A stretch of 24,593 nucleotides of DNA, taken from the NCBI GenBank assembly GCA_038279365.1, contig JAYODI010000085.1, positions 1-24,593 on the forward strand, written 5' to 3'. This document shows, piece by piece, positions 11,805 to 21,531 of the stretch (positions are counted from its first letter, which is position 1; each line of letters opens with the position of its first letter). The position numbers were made by a program, and so were the translations under genes. The DNA is from Candidatus Latescibacterota bacterium. GTDB taxonomy: Bacteria; Latescibacterota; UBA2968. The notes under the pieces were generated by a model. It was not told the DNA's origin. It saw only the letters and a list, made by a program, of their open reading frames with translations, and did not search any database.

Positions 11805-11857
11805 ACATGTTTAAAAAGCCGTTGGAATGCACTGTTCCAACGGCTTTTTAAACATGT
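11805..11857 (+). terminator. Terminator/attenuator hairpin upstream of holB
   Basis: Perfect 23-bp inverted repeat ACATGTTTAAAAAGCCGTTGGAA (11805-11827) / TTCCAACGGCTTTTTAAACATGT (11835-11857), 7-nt loop, GC-rich core followed by TTTTT. Confidence 0.85.
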
Positions 11858-11880
11858 AGGGATAAAAAAGAGGTGATGGT

Positions 11881-12927
11881 TTGGCTGCTGTAATAGGACA
11901 AACGCGTGCGACGCATTTTTTAAGTGGGCTTATAGAAAAAGAACGTGTGCCACATGCCTTGTTGTTGTGTGGTGCCAATGGTACGGGGGCTGCTGCTGTG
12001 GCACTGGCATTGGCGCGTGTATTGCACTGCGAAAATGCGAACAGTGTGCCGTGTTTGCACTGTGTAGGGTGCCGAAAAACTGCAGGACTCAATCATCCTG
12101 ACTTTTCAATTTTATTTCCATTTGCCTCCCGCATAAAAGAAGAAGCCCAACAAATAACCTTGCGACAACTGGTCGAAGATCCTTATGGATATGAATTGCC
12201 CGATGACCATGCAACCATTGCTTTAGAACAAATTAGAGGATTACAGCGGCAGTTTGCTTATGGTGCCTACCAAGGTGCTTGGCGAACTGCCGTTATCATG
12301 CATGCCGAACGTATGCGCCCCGAATCTTCTAATGCTTTGTTAAAAACTTTGGAAGAACCGCCTCCGCAATCATTAATGATCTTGGTGACGGCCCACGTAG
12401 AAGCTTTGTTGCCAACCATTGTATCTCGGTGTCAATTTTTGAAACTGCCACCTTTATTGTCTGAAGATATTGAACAAGCTTTGGTTGATAAAGGCCTGGA
12501 TGCCACAATGGCCAGAACGGTTTCAAGATCGTGCGGAGGAAATTTTCGCCTTGCGTTGGAAATGCAAACGGGCAATTTGGTTGAATCACAAGATCGTGCA
12601 TTCCGTTTTTTAGATGCATTGGTCTGGGGAGCAGATGGGCTTACGTATGCGGCACTTGAGCAGTTGGCCTCAGATCGACAGGCAGTATTTGATGTGATCA
12701 AACATGCCGAAGTGTGGCTTCGTGATGCCCTTTTGTTGCAAGCTGGTATGGAAACAAATGTGGTTCATGCACAGCGCATAGATGATGTGAGACGGTTGGC
12801 TGAGGCATTTGATGTTTGGCGCCTGAGCGAAACCATTGCCCAATTAGAGTCTTTGCGTGAAATGAATATGCGAAATGTCAATTTACAACTGAGCTTACTA
12901 TCTCTGTGGCGAAGTATCAGGGGATAG
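11881..12927 (+). CDS. holB: DNA polymerase III delta' subunit, 348 aa
   Basis: TTG start with SD GAGGTG. VIGQ, PHALLLCG, Zn module C..PC..C..C, NHPD, SNALLKTLEEPP, LLPTIVSRCQ. Degenerate Walker A as expected for delta'. Confidence 0.93.
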   Translation: MAAVIGQTRATHFLSGLIEKERVPHALLLCGANGTGAAAVALALARVLHCENANSVPCLHCVGCRKTAGLNHPDFSILFPFASRIKEEAQQITLRQLVEDPYGYELPDDHATIALEQIRGLQRQFAYGAYQGAWRTAVIMHAERMRPESSNALLKTLEEPPPQSLMILVTAHVEALLPTIVSRCQFLKLPPLLSEDIEQALVDKGLDATMARTVSRSCGGNFRLALEMQTGNLVESQDRAFRFLDALVWGADGLTYAALEQLASDRQAVFDVIKHAEVWLRDALLLQAGMETNVVHAQRIDDVRRLAEAFDVWRLSETIAQLESLREMNMRNVNLQLSLLSLWRSIRG

Positions 12928-12951
12928 GCGGTTTGATGAAAAGAGAATCCT

Positions 12952-14877
12952 ATGGGAACATTTTATATTACCACACCGATTTATTATGTCAATGATGAGC
13001 CCCATATTGGGCATGCCTATACAACCATTATGGCTGATGTGTTGGCGCGCTACCATCGCTTGGCTGGTGATGATGTTTTGTTTTTGACAGGTACGGATGA
13101 ACATGGGCAAAAAGTAGATGAAGCTGCGGCCAAACGCGATATGCCCCCGCAACAACATGCAGATGAGATGGTTGTGCGTTTTAAAGATTTGTGGAAGATT
13201 TTGAACATTTCGAATGATGACTTTATCCGTACAACAGAAGATCGCCATAAAAAAGTGGTTACCGAAATTCTTCAACGTATTTACGATGCGGGCGAAATAT
13301 ATGCTGCGGATTATGAAGGTTGGTATTGTATTCCCGACGAACGATTTTGGACCGAAAAGGACTTGGTAGATGGCAACTGCCCTGATTGTGGTCGGCCCGT
13401 TGTGAAAATTACCGAGAAGAATTACTTTTTTAGGATGAGTAAATACCAAGATTGGCTGATTGAACACATACAAACACATCCTGATTTTATTCGGCCAGAA
13501 AAAAGACGAAATGAAATTTTAGGGTTTTTGCGTCAACCACTGGGTGACTTGTGTATTTCTCGCCCAAAGACAAGGTTGAGTTGGGGCATTGAACTCCCCT
13601 TTGACAAAGACTATGTGTGTTATGTGTGGTTTGATGCCTTAATTAATTATATTACGGCACCGGGTTATTTGTCTGATGAGACCCGTTTTAATCATTGGTG
13701 GCCTGCATCTTGTCATTTGATTGGCAAAGATATTTTGACCACGCACTGTGTGTATTGGCCAACTATGCTCAAAGCGATGGGCGTGGCTTTGCCCGAGACT
13801 GTGATGGGGCATGGATTTTGGTTGGTGGATGATACCAAAATGGGTAAGTCATTGGGCAATGCCATTAAACCACTGGATTTGGCCGCCAAATATGGTGTGG
13901 ACGCATTCCGTTATTTCTTGGTGCGAGAAATGACTTTGGGGCAAGACAGTAATTTTAGCGAGTTTGCTTTTGTACAACGCTATAACACCGAATTGGCCAA
14001 TGAGTTGGGAAATTTGTTGAATCGGTCTGTGGTGATGGCCGACCGTTATTTAAACGGTGTGATTCCCCAAATTGATACATCTCACCCTGCGCTTACAGGT
14101 TTGAAAACACAAAGTGCCCAAACGTTGGAGGCTGTTGCACAGGCCATTCACGACTTAAATCCAAATGCATTATTAGATGCGGTATGGCAGTTGGTACGCG
14201 AGGCCAATCGGTTTGCTGAAGTGCAAGCACCCTGGCATTTGGCCAAAGATGACAACAGGCGTGAAGAATTGCACGTGACCATTTATGGTTTATTAGAAAC
14301 GATGCGCCAATTGGCTGTTACCTTATTTCCTGTTATGCCGACAAAGGCTTTAGAAATTTGGCATCAAATTGGTGCCAAGGGATCCCCAGAAGAGATAAAT
14401 GTTGCAGAGTTGAAACAGTGGGGCGGTTTAGCTGCCAATGGTGTGGTTAAGCCAGGTGACCCTGTTTTTCCACGTATTGAGGAGGTTGTTGTGTCTGAAG
14501 AAACAAAAACAACAGAACCCGTTAAAGAAGCACAACCTGAAAAACCCAAAGAAAACTTGATTTCTTTTAAGGAATTTCAAAAACTTAAACTGCGCGTGGC
14601 ACGAATTGAGTCGGCAGAAAAGGTAGATGGTGCAGATCGGCTTTTGAAATTGCAGATTAGTTTGGGAGAAGAAAAACGCCAATTGGTAGCAGGGATCGCA
14701 CAACATTATGAGACAGATGCTTTGATTGGCAAACAGATCGTAATTGTTGCCAACTTAGAACCTGCAAAAATTCGTGGTGTTGAATCTCAAGGGATGTTGT
14801 TGGCCGCGTCCGATGACAGTGGGTTAACCCTTTTAACACCCGAAGGTGATATTGCCGATGGTGCAGAGGTGCGATAG
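12952..14877 (+). CDS. metG: Methionine--tRNA ligase with C-terminal tRNA-binding (Trbp111/EMAP-like) domain, 641 aa
   Basis: FYITTPIYYVN..PHIGH, TGTDEHGQK, FIRTT, YVWFDALINY, IGKDI, KMGKSLGN. C-terminal OB fold with NLEPAKIRGVESQGM. Confidence 0.98.
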   Translation: MGTFYITTPIYYVNDEPHIGHAYTTIMADVLARYHRLAGDDVLFLTGTDEHGQKVDEAAAKRDMPPQQHADEMVVRFKDLWKILNISNDDFIRTTEDRHKKVVTEILQRIYDAGEIYAADYEGWYCIPDERFWTEKDLVDGNCPDCGRPVVKITEKNYFFRMSKYQDWLIEHIQTHPDFIRPEKRRNEILGFLRQPLGDLCISRPKTRLSWGIELPFDKDYVCYVWFDALINYITAPGYLSDETRFNHWWPASCHLIGKDILTTHCVYWPTMLKAMGVALPETVMGHGFWLVDDTKMGKSLGNAIKPLDLAAKYGVDAFRYFLVREMTLGQDSNFSEFAFVQRYNTELANELGNLLNRSVVMADRYLNGVIPQIDTSHPALTGLKTQSAQTLEAVAQAIHDLNPNALLDAVWQLVREANRFAEVQAPWHLAKDDNRREELHVTIYGLLETMRQLAVTLFPVMPTKALEIWHQIGAKGSPEEINVAELKQWGGLAANGVVKPGDPVFPRIEEVVVSEETKTTEPVKEAQPEKPKENLISFKEFQKLKLRVARIESAEKVDGADRLLKLQISLGEEKRQLVAGIAQHYETDALIGKQIVIVANLEPAKIRGVESQGMLLAASDDSGLTLLTPEGDIADGAEVR

Positions 14878-15645
14878 ATGATGTTGGTAGATACACATGC
14901 CCATTTGTCTTTTGAAAAGTTTGACCAAGATCTACAAGATGTTCTGGATCGAGCAAAAGAGGTGGGTGTAACGCGTATTGTTGATGTGGGAACCAACATG
15001 GAAACAAGTTTGAAGGCTGTTTTTTTGTCTGAATCTGCTGATGGCGTTTTTGCTTCGGTAGGATTTCATCCAGCAGATTCAGACAAAGCTGACACACACG
15101 GTCTGAGTCAACTTCATACGTTATTAAAAAAAGAAAACGTGGTTGCTGTTGGTGAAACAGGTTTGGATTTTTATAGAGATTATGTGGCATACGACATACA
15201 AGAGAAATCATTTCGGGCGCATATCCGATTGGCAAAAGATTTTGGGTTGCCTTTGATTATACACAGCAGAGCCGCTGAAGAAAGGGTGCTTGAGGTGTTA
15301 GCAGAAGAAGGTGCTCAAGATGTGGGAGGGGTTTTGCATTGTTTTGCTGGCAGTGATCAAGAAGCCCAGCGTGCGTTGGACCTAAACTTTCATTTGGGTT
15401 TTGGCGGTATTGTCACATTTAAAAATTCACCCGCATTGGAGGTTGCACTTCGCGTGCCTGCTAATCGGTTGTTATTGGAAACGGATTGCCCTTTTTTGGC
15501 TCCTGTGCCCAAACGTGGCAAACGCAATGAACCTGCTTACGTTTTGCATGTAGCCGAGTATTTGGCTGAGCATGGTGATGTTGCATTTGATCAACTTTGT
15601 CAGCAAACCACGGCCAACGCAGTGTCGTTATTTGGTCTATCTTAG
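14878..15645 (+). CDS. tatD: TatD-family deoxyribonuclease
   Basis: DTHAHL, GFHP, VGETGLDF, IIHSR, LHCF, LLETDCPFLAP, RNEP. Abuts the metG stop. Confidence 0.95.
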   Translation: MMLVDTHAHLSFEKFDQDLQDVLDRAKEVGVTRIVDVGTNMETSLKAVFLSESADGVFASVGFHPADSDKADTHGLSQLHTLLKKENVVAVGETGLDFYRDYVAYDIQEKSFRAHIRLAKDFGLPLIIHSRAAEERVLEVLAEEGAQDVGGVLHCFAGSDQEAQRALDLNFHLGFGGIVTFKNSPALEVALRVPANRLLLETDCPFLAPVPKRGKRNEPAYVLHVAEYLAEHGDVAFDQLCQQTTANAVSLFGLS

Positions 15646-15654
15646 GGGTTGGAT

Positions 15655-16455
15655 GTGAAGGCAAAAAAGTCTCTTGGGCAGCATTTTTTAATTGATGGTC
15701 ATTCGATTAGACAAATAATAGATGAAGCTCAGATTGGCACAGATGATTTGGTGGTTGAAATTGGTCCAGGAAGAGGGGCTTTGACCGAATTTTTGGTGCG
15801 CGTTGCGGGTCAAGTTGTGGCTATTGAAATAGATAGAGATCTTTGTGGTTTGCTGAATAGAACGTTTGTAGGCCATAAAAATTTTCGTTTGATTGCCAGT
15901 GACGTATTAGATGTTGATTTGGTGCAATTGGTGAAAGAGTCGGGTTTTTCACGTGCCATTTTAATTGGAAATCTACCCTATCAAATTACGGGTATTTTGA
16001 TGCGACAAATTCTCGAAGCGCGTGATGCTTTTCAAAAAGCAATTATTATGGTGCAAAGAGAGGTGGCGCGCCGTTTAACGGCCAACGCAGGCAATAAAGA
16101 CTATGGTGTTTTAACAACGGTTACACAGATAAATTGTGTGCCCCAATTGTTGTTTGATTTGCCCCCGTCCTTTTTTGATCCCCCCCCACAAGTACACTCT
16201 TCGGCTGTGCGGTTGCAGTTTGATTGTGATCCGCTTTATTCGGTTGTTGATCGCGATCTGTTTTTGAAGGTGGTGCAGGCCGCTTTTCAACAAAGACGTA
16301 AGATGTTGCGCAATACCTTGCGCCCTTTATTTGGAGATGATGTTCTGCTGGGTGAAATATTGGGAGAGGTTGGTATCGAGGCGACATTGCGAGCAGAAGC
16401 CGTTTCGGTAGATGGGTTTGAAAAAATTGCACGTGCTTGGCAAAAAAGGCGTTAA
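15655..16455 (+). CDS. rsmA: 16S rRNA m6,2A1518/A1519 dimethyltransferase RsmA/KsgA
   Basis: KKSLGQHFL, VEIGPGRGALT, EIDRD, GNLPYQIT, MVQREVA, F.PPP.V.S, FQQRRKMLRN. Start GTG 15655 or TTG 15649. Confidence 0.96.
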   Translation: MKAKKSLGQHFLIDGHSIRQIIDEAQIGTDDLVVEIGPGRGALTEFLVRVAGQVVAIEIDRDLCGLLNRTFVGHKNFRLIASDVLDVDLVQLVKESGFSRAILIGNLPYQITGILMRQILEARDAFQKAIIMVQREVARRLTANAGNKDYGVLTTVTQINCVPQLLFDLPPSFFDPPPQVHSSAVRLQFDCDPLYSVVDRDLFLKVVQAAFQQRRKMLRNTLRPLFGDDVLLGEILGEVGIEATLRAEAVSVDGFEKIARAWQKRR

Positions 16456-16466
16456 AGGAGTATATA

Positions 16467-18188
16467 TTGGCCAGATCTATGCTTGATCGTCGCGTTGAAC
16501 CGCGCTGGGTTTTTGCAGAAAATCCCGATGGTGATATTTTGGCAAAAACCAAGTTGGAATTGAATATTCCTACTGTTATGGCCAAGATTTTGATTAATCG
16601 GGGCATTGCCGATGTTCAGGCTGTTCGAGACTTTCTGGAACCGGCATTGGAACATTTAATAGATCCTTTTTTGCTAAAAGATATGGATTTGGCCGTAGAC
16701 CGCATATGGCAGGCGATTGATGCTGGTGAAAAAATCATGGTTCATGGCGATTATGATGTGGATGGCGTGACGGGCACATCTGTATTGGTGCGCACATTAT
16801 CTGCTTTGGGTGCTGATATTACGTTTTATATTCCTCACCGATTGGAACAAGGTTATGGCATCTCTCACCAAGGAATTGATTGGGGAATTGCGAGTGGTGT
16901 GACGGTATTGATTTCTGTGGATTGTGGTATTACAGCCATAGATGAAGTGCTGTATGCAAAGAAACAAGGCATGGACGTGGTGATTACAGATCACCATCAG
17001 CCCAGTAGTTTACCCGAAGCCGTTGCTGTTATTAACCCCAAACGCGACGATTGTCCTTACCCATTTAAAGAATTGCCAGGTGTGGCATTGGCGTTTAAAT
17101 TGGCAGAAGCGGTGTATCGGAAACGCAATTGTGACCTTGAGCCTGTATATGAAAATTTAGATTTGGTGGCATTGGGCTGTGCTGCAGATATTGTGCCATT
17201 GGTGGGAGAGAACCGTATTTTGGTTATGCATGGATTGCGGCGTTTACGCCAGACGACCAATAAGGGTTTTATCGCATTGTTGAAGAATGTCGGGTTGTGG
17301 GGGCGTGAGTTGGGGACGGGGCAATTGATTTTTGTTTTGGCGCCGCGTATTAATGCTTTGGGGCGCTTAGATAGTGCGATGGGAGCTGTTGCAATGTTAA
17401 CGACAGATGATGCACGTGAGGCCCAAAACATTGCAAAGGCATTGGAGACACAAAACGTAAAGCGTCGAAAAATTGATAGTCAAATGCTGTCTGAGGCGCT
17501 GACTATGGTTGAAGAACAGGTTGATGTGTCTAAAGATTGTGCCGTGGTTTTAGCGTCAACGTCATGGCATCCTGGTGTCATTGGTATTGTGGCTACGCGC
17601 ATTGCTGAAAAAATGCATTTGCCAACGGTGCTGATTTCTATTGATGGAGATTGTGGTAAAGGGTCGGCACGTAGTATTCCTAATTTTGATTTGTTTCAAG
17701 CTTTGTCCTTGTGCCTTGAACACCTCATGGCTTTTGGTGGCCATAAATATGCTGCAGGTTTGACCATTGGTGCTGACCTGGTGGATACATTTCGCACACA
17801 TTTTTTGAAAATTGCTCAAGAATTAATGCATCAAGAATCTATGATCCCGTGTATCGATATTGAAAGTGAGCTGTCTTTGGATCAAATTGATATGCGATTG
17901 GTAAATGTGTTAAAGCGTTTTGCACCTTTTGGGCCAGAAAATCCACGTCCTGTGATGGTATCCAGAAACGTGGAGGTGGTTGGAGCCCCCTTGCAAGTGG
18001 GGAACAATCACTTGCGTTTTAATGCGCGACAAAACGGTCGTGTCTTTGACTGTATTGGGTTTAATTTGGGGCATTTGGCATATCGATTGGCACCGGGTGA
18101 GTCCAATTTGGATATGGCTTATGTGATTGAAGAAAATGAATGGCGAGGCCGAAAAGGAATTCAGTTGCGTATAAAAGACCTGCGATAA
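16467..18188 (+). CDS. recJ: Single-stranded-DNA-specific exonuclease RecJ
   Basis: [74 protein letters not shown] start 6 nt after SD AAGGAG (alternative ATG 16479). Confidence 0.97.
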   Translation: MARSMLDRRVEPRWVFAENPDGDILAKTKLELNIPTVMAKILINRGIADVQAVRDFLEPALEHLIDPFLLKDMDLAVDRIWQAIDAGEKIMVHGDYDVDGVTGTSVLVRTLSALGADITFYIPHRLEQGYGISHQGIDWGIASGVTVLISVDCGITAIDEVLYAKKQGMDVVITDHHQPSSLPEAVAVINPKRDDCPYPFKELPGVALAFKLAEAVYRKRNCDLEPVYENLDLVALGCAADIVPLVGENRILVMHGLRRLRQTTNKGFIALLKNVGLWGRELGTGQLIFVLAPRINALGRLDSAMGAVAMLTTDDAREAQNIAKALETQNVKRRKIDSQMLSEALTMVEEQVDVSKDCAVVLASTSWHPGVIGIVATRIAEKMHLPTVLISIDGDCGKGSARSIPNFDLFQALSLCLEHLMAFGGHKYAAGLTIGADLVDTFRTHFLKIAQELMHQESMIPCIDIESELSLDQIDMRLVNVLKRFAPFGPENPRPVMVSRNVEVVGAPLQVGNNHLRFNARQNGRVFDCIGFNLGHLAYRLAPGESNLDMAYVIEENEWRGRKGIQLRIKDLR

Positions 18189-18231
18189 CATTGTTTGCAG
18201 GATGATCATTACATTTTTTGAGGATTTGTAT

Positions 18232-19152
18232 ATGCCTATTCCAAAGTCTGAAAAAATTTGGTTTAACGGAAATTTGGTCGGATGGGATGATGCCAAAATT
18301 CATGTTCTCTCGCATGTCGTGCATTATGGTTCGAGCGTGTTTGAGGGTATGCGATGTTATGACACACATAAGGGTGGTGCTTGTTTTCGATTGCAGGATC
18401 ATATCAATCGGTTGTACGATTCGGCCAAAATTTATCGCATGGAAATTCCATTTAAACGCGATGAACTTGCCCAAGCTGTTTTAGATACCATTCGAGCGAA
18501 CAACTTAAAAGCGTGTTATGTACGTCCCATTGCGTTTCGAGGATATGGCGAATTGGGCGTCAACCCAGCACCTTGCCCTGTCGAAGTGGTTATTGCTGTG
18601 TGGCAGTGGGGGAAATATCTGGGCCCTGAAGCATTGGAAAAAGGTGTGTCTGTTCGCGTGTCGTCTTGGAATCGGCCTGCGCCTAATACCATGCCTTCAT
18701 TGGCCAAAGTGGGGGCCAATTATATGAATTCCCAGTTGATTAAAATGGAGGCCTTGGCCGATGGGTATGTTGAAGGGATTGCATTGGATACATCGGGGTA
18801 TGTGAGTGAGGGCAGTGGAGAGAATATTTTTATTGTGAAAAATGGTGCGATCTATACCCCATCCACGGGATCTTCCATTTTGCCTGGCATCACGCGGCAT
18901 TCTGTGATTACGTTGGCCGAGTCTTTGGGGTATCGCATTACAACACGGCCAATACCCAGAGAATCTTTGTATATAGCCGATGAAGTATTTTTTACGGGGA
19001 GTGCAGCAGAAATAACACCTATTGCAGAAATTGATCATATTCAAATTGGTTCTGGCACGCGAGGCCCTGTTACAAAGGCATTGCAAGACGCATTTTTTAA
19101 TTTGATTGAAGGTAAAGAAGATGACAATTACAATTGGTTGACGTATGTTTGA
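18232..19152 (+). CDS. ilvE: Branched-chain amino acid aminotransferase, 306 aa
   Basis: [17 protein letters not shown] lysine in [45 protein letters not shown]. Confidence 0.96.
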   Translation: MPIPKSEKIWFNGNLVGWDDAKIHVLSHVVHYGSSVFEGMRCYDTHKGGACFRLQDHINRLYDSAKIYRMEIPFKRDELAQAVLDTIRANNLKACYVRPIAFRGYGELGVNPAPCPVEVVIAVWQWGKYLGPEALEKGVSVRVSSWNRPAPNTMPSLAKVGANYMNSQLIKMEALADGYVEGIALDTSGYVSEGSGENIFIVKNGAIYTPSTGSSILPGITRHSVITLAESLGYRITTRPIPRESLYIADEVFFTGSAAEITPIAEIDHIQIGSGTRGPVTKALQDAFFNLIEGKEDDNYNWLTYV

Positions 19153-19192
19153 TTGTGGATGGCAAACGGAAACAACTAAATAGTTGATTAGG

Positions 19193-20020
19193 ATGGCTCT
19201 TTTGGGTAAAACAATAAAAAATGTGAATATAGCCGTTATTGGTGCTGGTAATATGGGCGGCGCACTCATGGCAGGTTGGGTGCGATCTGGACAAATTGTG
19301 CCGGAACACCTGACGGCGGTGGATGTGGTTGCCGATTTGTTGACTCAGCGTCAAACCGAATTGGGTGTGCGCATATCCACGGATGCCTTGGCGATTATAG
19401 ATGCCCAAGATATCATTTTTTTGGGTGTAAAACCACAATATTGGTTGTCCACAGTTGCTTCTTTTAAGGCGCGGTTGCGCCCCGAACAATTGGTGGTATC
19501 TTTTATGGCAGGCGTGCGCGTTGGCGTCTTGGAAGCCGAGTTGGGAAATGTGCCAGTGGTTCGCATGATGCCAAATATTTTGGCACAAATTGGTGCTTGT
19601 GGGGCAGGAATTTGTGCGGGTAAACACGTTTCCCAAGATCAATTGTCTTTGGTGCTTGATTTGTTAAACTTGGTGGGTACTGGCATTGTTGTCGATGAAA
19701 AACAGATGGATGCCGTCACTGGGTTGGCTGGGAGTGGGCCGGCTTATGTGTATGCAATGATCGATGCTTTGGCCGATGGGGGCGTGCGCGTGGGATTGCC
19801 CAAAGAGGATGCCTTAAAATTAGCAGTGCAAACGGTATTGGGCGCTGCTCAAATGGTGCAAGAAAGTGGTTTGCATCCTGCCGTATTAAAAGATCGTGTA
19901 ACGTCTGCGGGAGGGACAACAATCGCAGGGTTACATGCCTTAGAACGAGGTGGTGTTCGGGTGGGGTTGATGGATGCTGTGGAAGCGGCTACGCGTCGGT
20001 CTGAAGAATTGGGGAAATAG
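19193..20020 (+). CDS. proC: Pyrroline-5-carboxylate reductase
   Basis: IGAGNMG, VKPQ, RMMPN, AGSGPAY, VTSAGGTTIAG. Start uncertain. Confidence 0.95.
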   Translation: MALLGKTIKNVNIAVIGAGNMGGALMAGWVRSGQIVPEHLTAVDVVADLLTQRQTELGVRISTDALAIIDAQDIIFLGVKPQYWLSTVASFKARLRPEQLVVSFMAGVRVGVLEAELGNVPVVRMMPNILAQIGACGAGICAGKHVSQDQLSLVLDLLNLVGTGIVVDEKQMDAVTGLAGSGPAYVYAMIDALADGGVRVGLPKEDALKLAVQTVLGAAQMVQESGLHPAVLKDRVTSAGGTTIAGLHALERGGVRVGLMDAVEAATRRSEELGK

Positions 20021-20021
20021 T

Positions 20022-20621
20022 ATGATTGCAATTGTGGATTATGGGATGGGAAATTTGCGCAGTGTTCAAAAAGCATTTCAACATGTTGGGGCACAGGCAG
20101 AAATTGTGAATCAGGTAAAAGAGATTGAAAAAGCAACACACATCGTTTTGCCGGGTGTGGGCGCTTTTGGTGATGCCATGCGCAATTTGAAAAATGCAAA
20201 ATTAATAGACCCTATTGTGACGGCCATTTCTGATGGCCGCCCATTTTTAGGCATTTGTTTGGGGTTGCAGTTGATGTTTTCTGAAAGCGAAGAGATGGGA
20301 AAACACCGTGGATTAGATGTCTTATCGGGACAAGTTCGTAAATTTCCAGAGGGAGAGCGGATTCCTCAAATAGGGTGGAACCAAGTGCGTCTTCAAAAAG
20401 AAACACCATTATTTAATGGTGTGCCCGATGGGTCTTATTTTTATTTTGTTCACTCATTTTATGTGGACGCGCAAAATAGGAAGGACGTGGTGGGCATCAC
20501 AGATTATGGTATTGATTATACGTCTGTGGCGGGTAATGATTGTGCATTTGGGGTTCAATTTCACCCAGAAAAAAGCCAAGATGCGGGTTTGAAGATTTTG
20601 CAAAATTTTTCACGGTTTTGA
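20022..20621 (+). CDS. hisH: Imidazole glycerol phosphate synthase glutaminase subunit HisH, 199 aa
   Basis: MIAIVDYGMGNLRSV, LPGVGAF, LGICLGLQ, PQIGWN, YFVHSF, QFHPEKS. Confidence 0.97.
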   Translation: MIAIVDYGMGNLRSVQKAFQHVGAQAEIVNQVKEIEKATHIVLPGVGAFGDAMRNLKNAKLIDPIVTAISDGRPFLGICLGLQLMFSESEEMGKHRGLDVLSGQVRKFPEGERIPQIGWNQVRLQKETPLFNGVPDGSYFYFVHSFYVDAQNRKDVVGITDYGIDYTSVAGNDCAFGVQFHPEKSQDAGLKILQNFSRF

Positions 20622-20706
20622 GTCGCGCGGTTATCTGTTACAGGTTAGTAGGTCACAAGTCTGAATCTAAAAAGACCTGCGACCGTTTTTCGAAAGGCTT
20701 TTTGAG

Positions 20707-21501
20707 ATGTTGGCCAAACGCATTATTCCTTGTTTGGATGTTAAAAATGGTCGCAATGTGCGAGGTATAAAGTTTTCGGCTGACATGGATGCTGGAGACC
20801 CGATTGAGTTGGCGCGCCGTTATGATGCAGAAGGGGCTGATGAATTGGTGTTTTATGATATAACAGCATCGGCGGAAAAGCGTGATATTGTGGGTGATTT
20901 GGTCCGACGGGTTTCAGAAGTCGTATTTATCCCATTTACAGTAGGTGGCGGTGTGCGTACATTTGAAGATATTCGCACCATTATAGAAGGGGGTGCCGAA
21001 AAAGCGTCAATCAATTCGGCGGCCCTTCACACGCCAGAGTTAATTACACAGGGTGCGGAAAGCTTTGGTTCGCAGGCGATTGTAGGATCGATAGATGCCA
21101 TTCGGCGTATTGATCCAAATCAGCCTGAATTGTTGCGTTGGGAAGTGGTGATTAATGGTGGGCGCACAGCAACGGGCAAAGATGCCCTTGAATGGGCTGA
21201 AGAATTGGTGGACCGTGGTGCGGGTGAACTGGTGCTCAATAGCATAGACGCCGATGGTACCAAAGATGGATATGATATTGCCTTGAATCGGGCGGTGGCA
21301 GAACTTGTTGATGTACCTATTGTTGCTTCTGGTGGTGCAGGAAGCCCTGAAGACATGTTCGAAGTGCTTTCATCTGGCCAGGCCAGCGCGGCTTTGGCAG
21401 CTTCCATCTTTCATTATGAGCAGTATAGCATACCAGAAGTTAAAGCCTATTTGTCTGATCGCGGTATTGTTGTGAGACCCAAGGTTTCAATTGCACTTTA
21501 A
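20707..21501 (+). CDS. hisF: Imidazole glycerol phosphate synthase cyclase subunit HisF
   Basis: [59 protein letters not shown]. Confidence 0.97.
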   Translation: MLAKRIIPCLDVKNGRNVRGIKFSADMDAGDPIELARRYDAEGADELVFYDITASAEKRDIVGDLVRRVSEVVFIPFTVGGGVRTFEDIRTIIEGGAEKASINSAALHTPELITQGAESFGSQAIVGSIDAIRRIDPNQPELLRWEVVINGGRTATGKDALEWAEELVDRGAGELVLNSIDADGTKDGYDIALNRAVAELVDVPIVASGGAGSPEDMFEVLSSGQASAALAASIFHYEQYSIPEVKAYLSDRGIVVRPKVSIAL

Positions 21502-21531
21502 TCCTTTTACATTGGTATATGGACAGCTTAG

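Noticed and set aside
11805-11857. 23-bp inverted repeat as a MITE/REP element or transposon end
   Set aside because: It is single copy in the window with no target-site duplication or transposase. Its GC core with A- and U-tracts fits a terminator.
11630-11860. T-box or SAM riboswitch as the explanation for the metG-operon leader
   Set aside because: No TGGNACC T-box bulge motif before the terminator and no SAM-I core (ATC..GAG...GAT) recognised by eye. An Rfam/Infernal scan would be needed to exclude rarer classes.
11968-12003. Missing Walker A lysine in the clamp-loader subunit (GANGTGAAA)
   Set aside because: Delta' (HolB) is normally ATPase-inactive, so this is not evidence of a pseudogene.
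16180-16187. C8 homopolymer in rsmA (and G8 at 24106-24113) as phase-variation tracts
   Set aside because: Both are short and in frame, and encode expected residues (the DPPP motif of RsmA; SGGV of the cNMP domain).
20022-21501. hisH/hisF as the LPS/O-antigen-associated paralog pair
   Set aside because: No sugar-modification genes are nearby, and HisF has canonical biosynthetic motifs ([22 protein letters not shown]).
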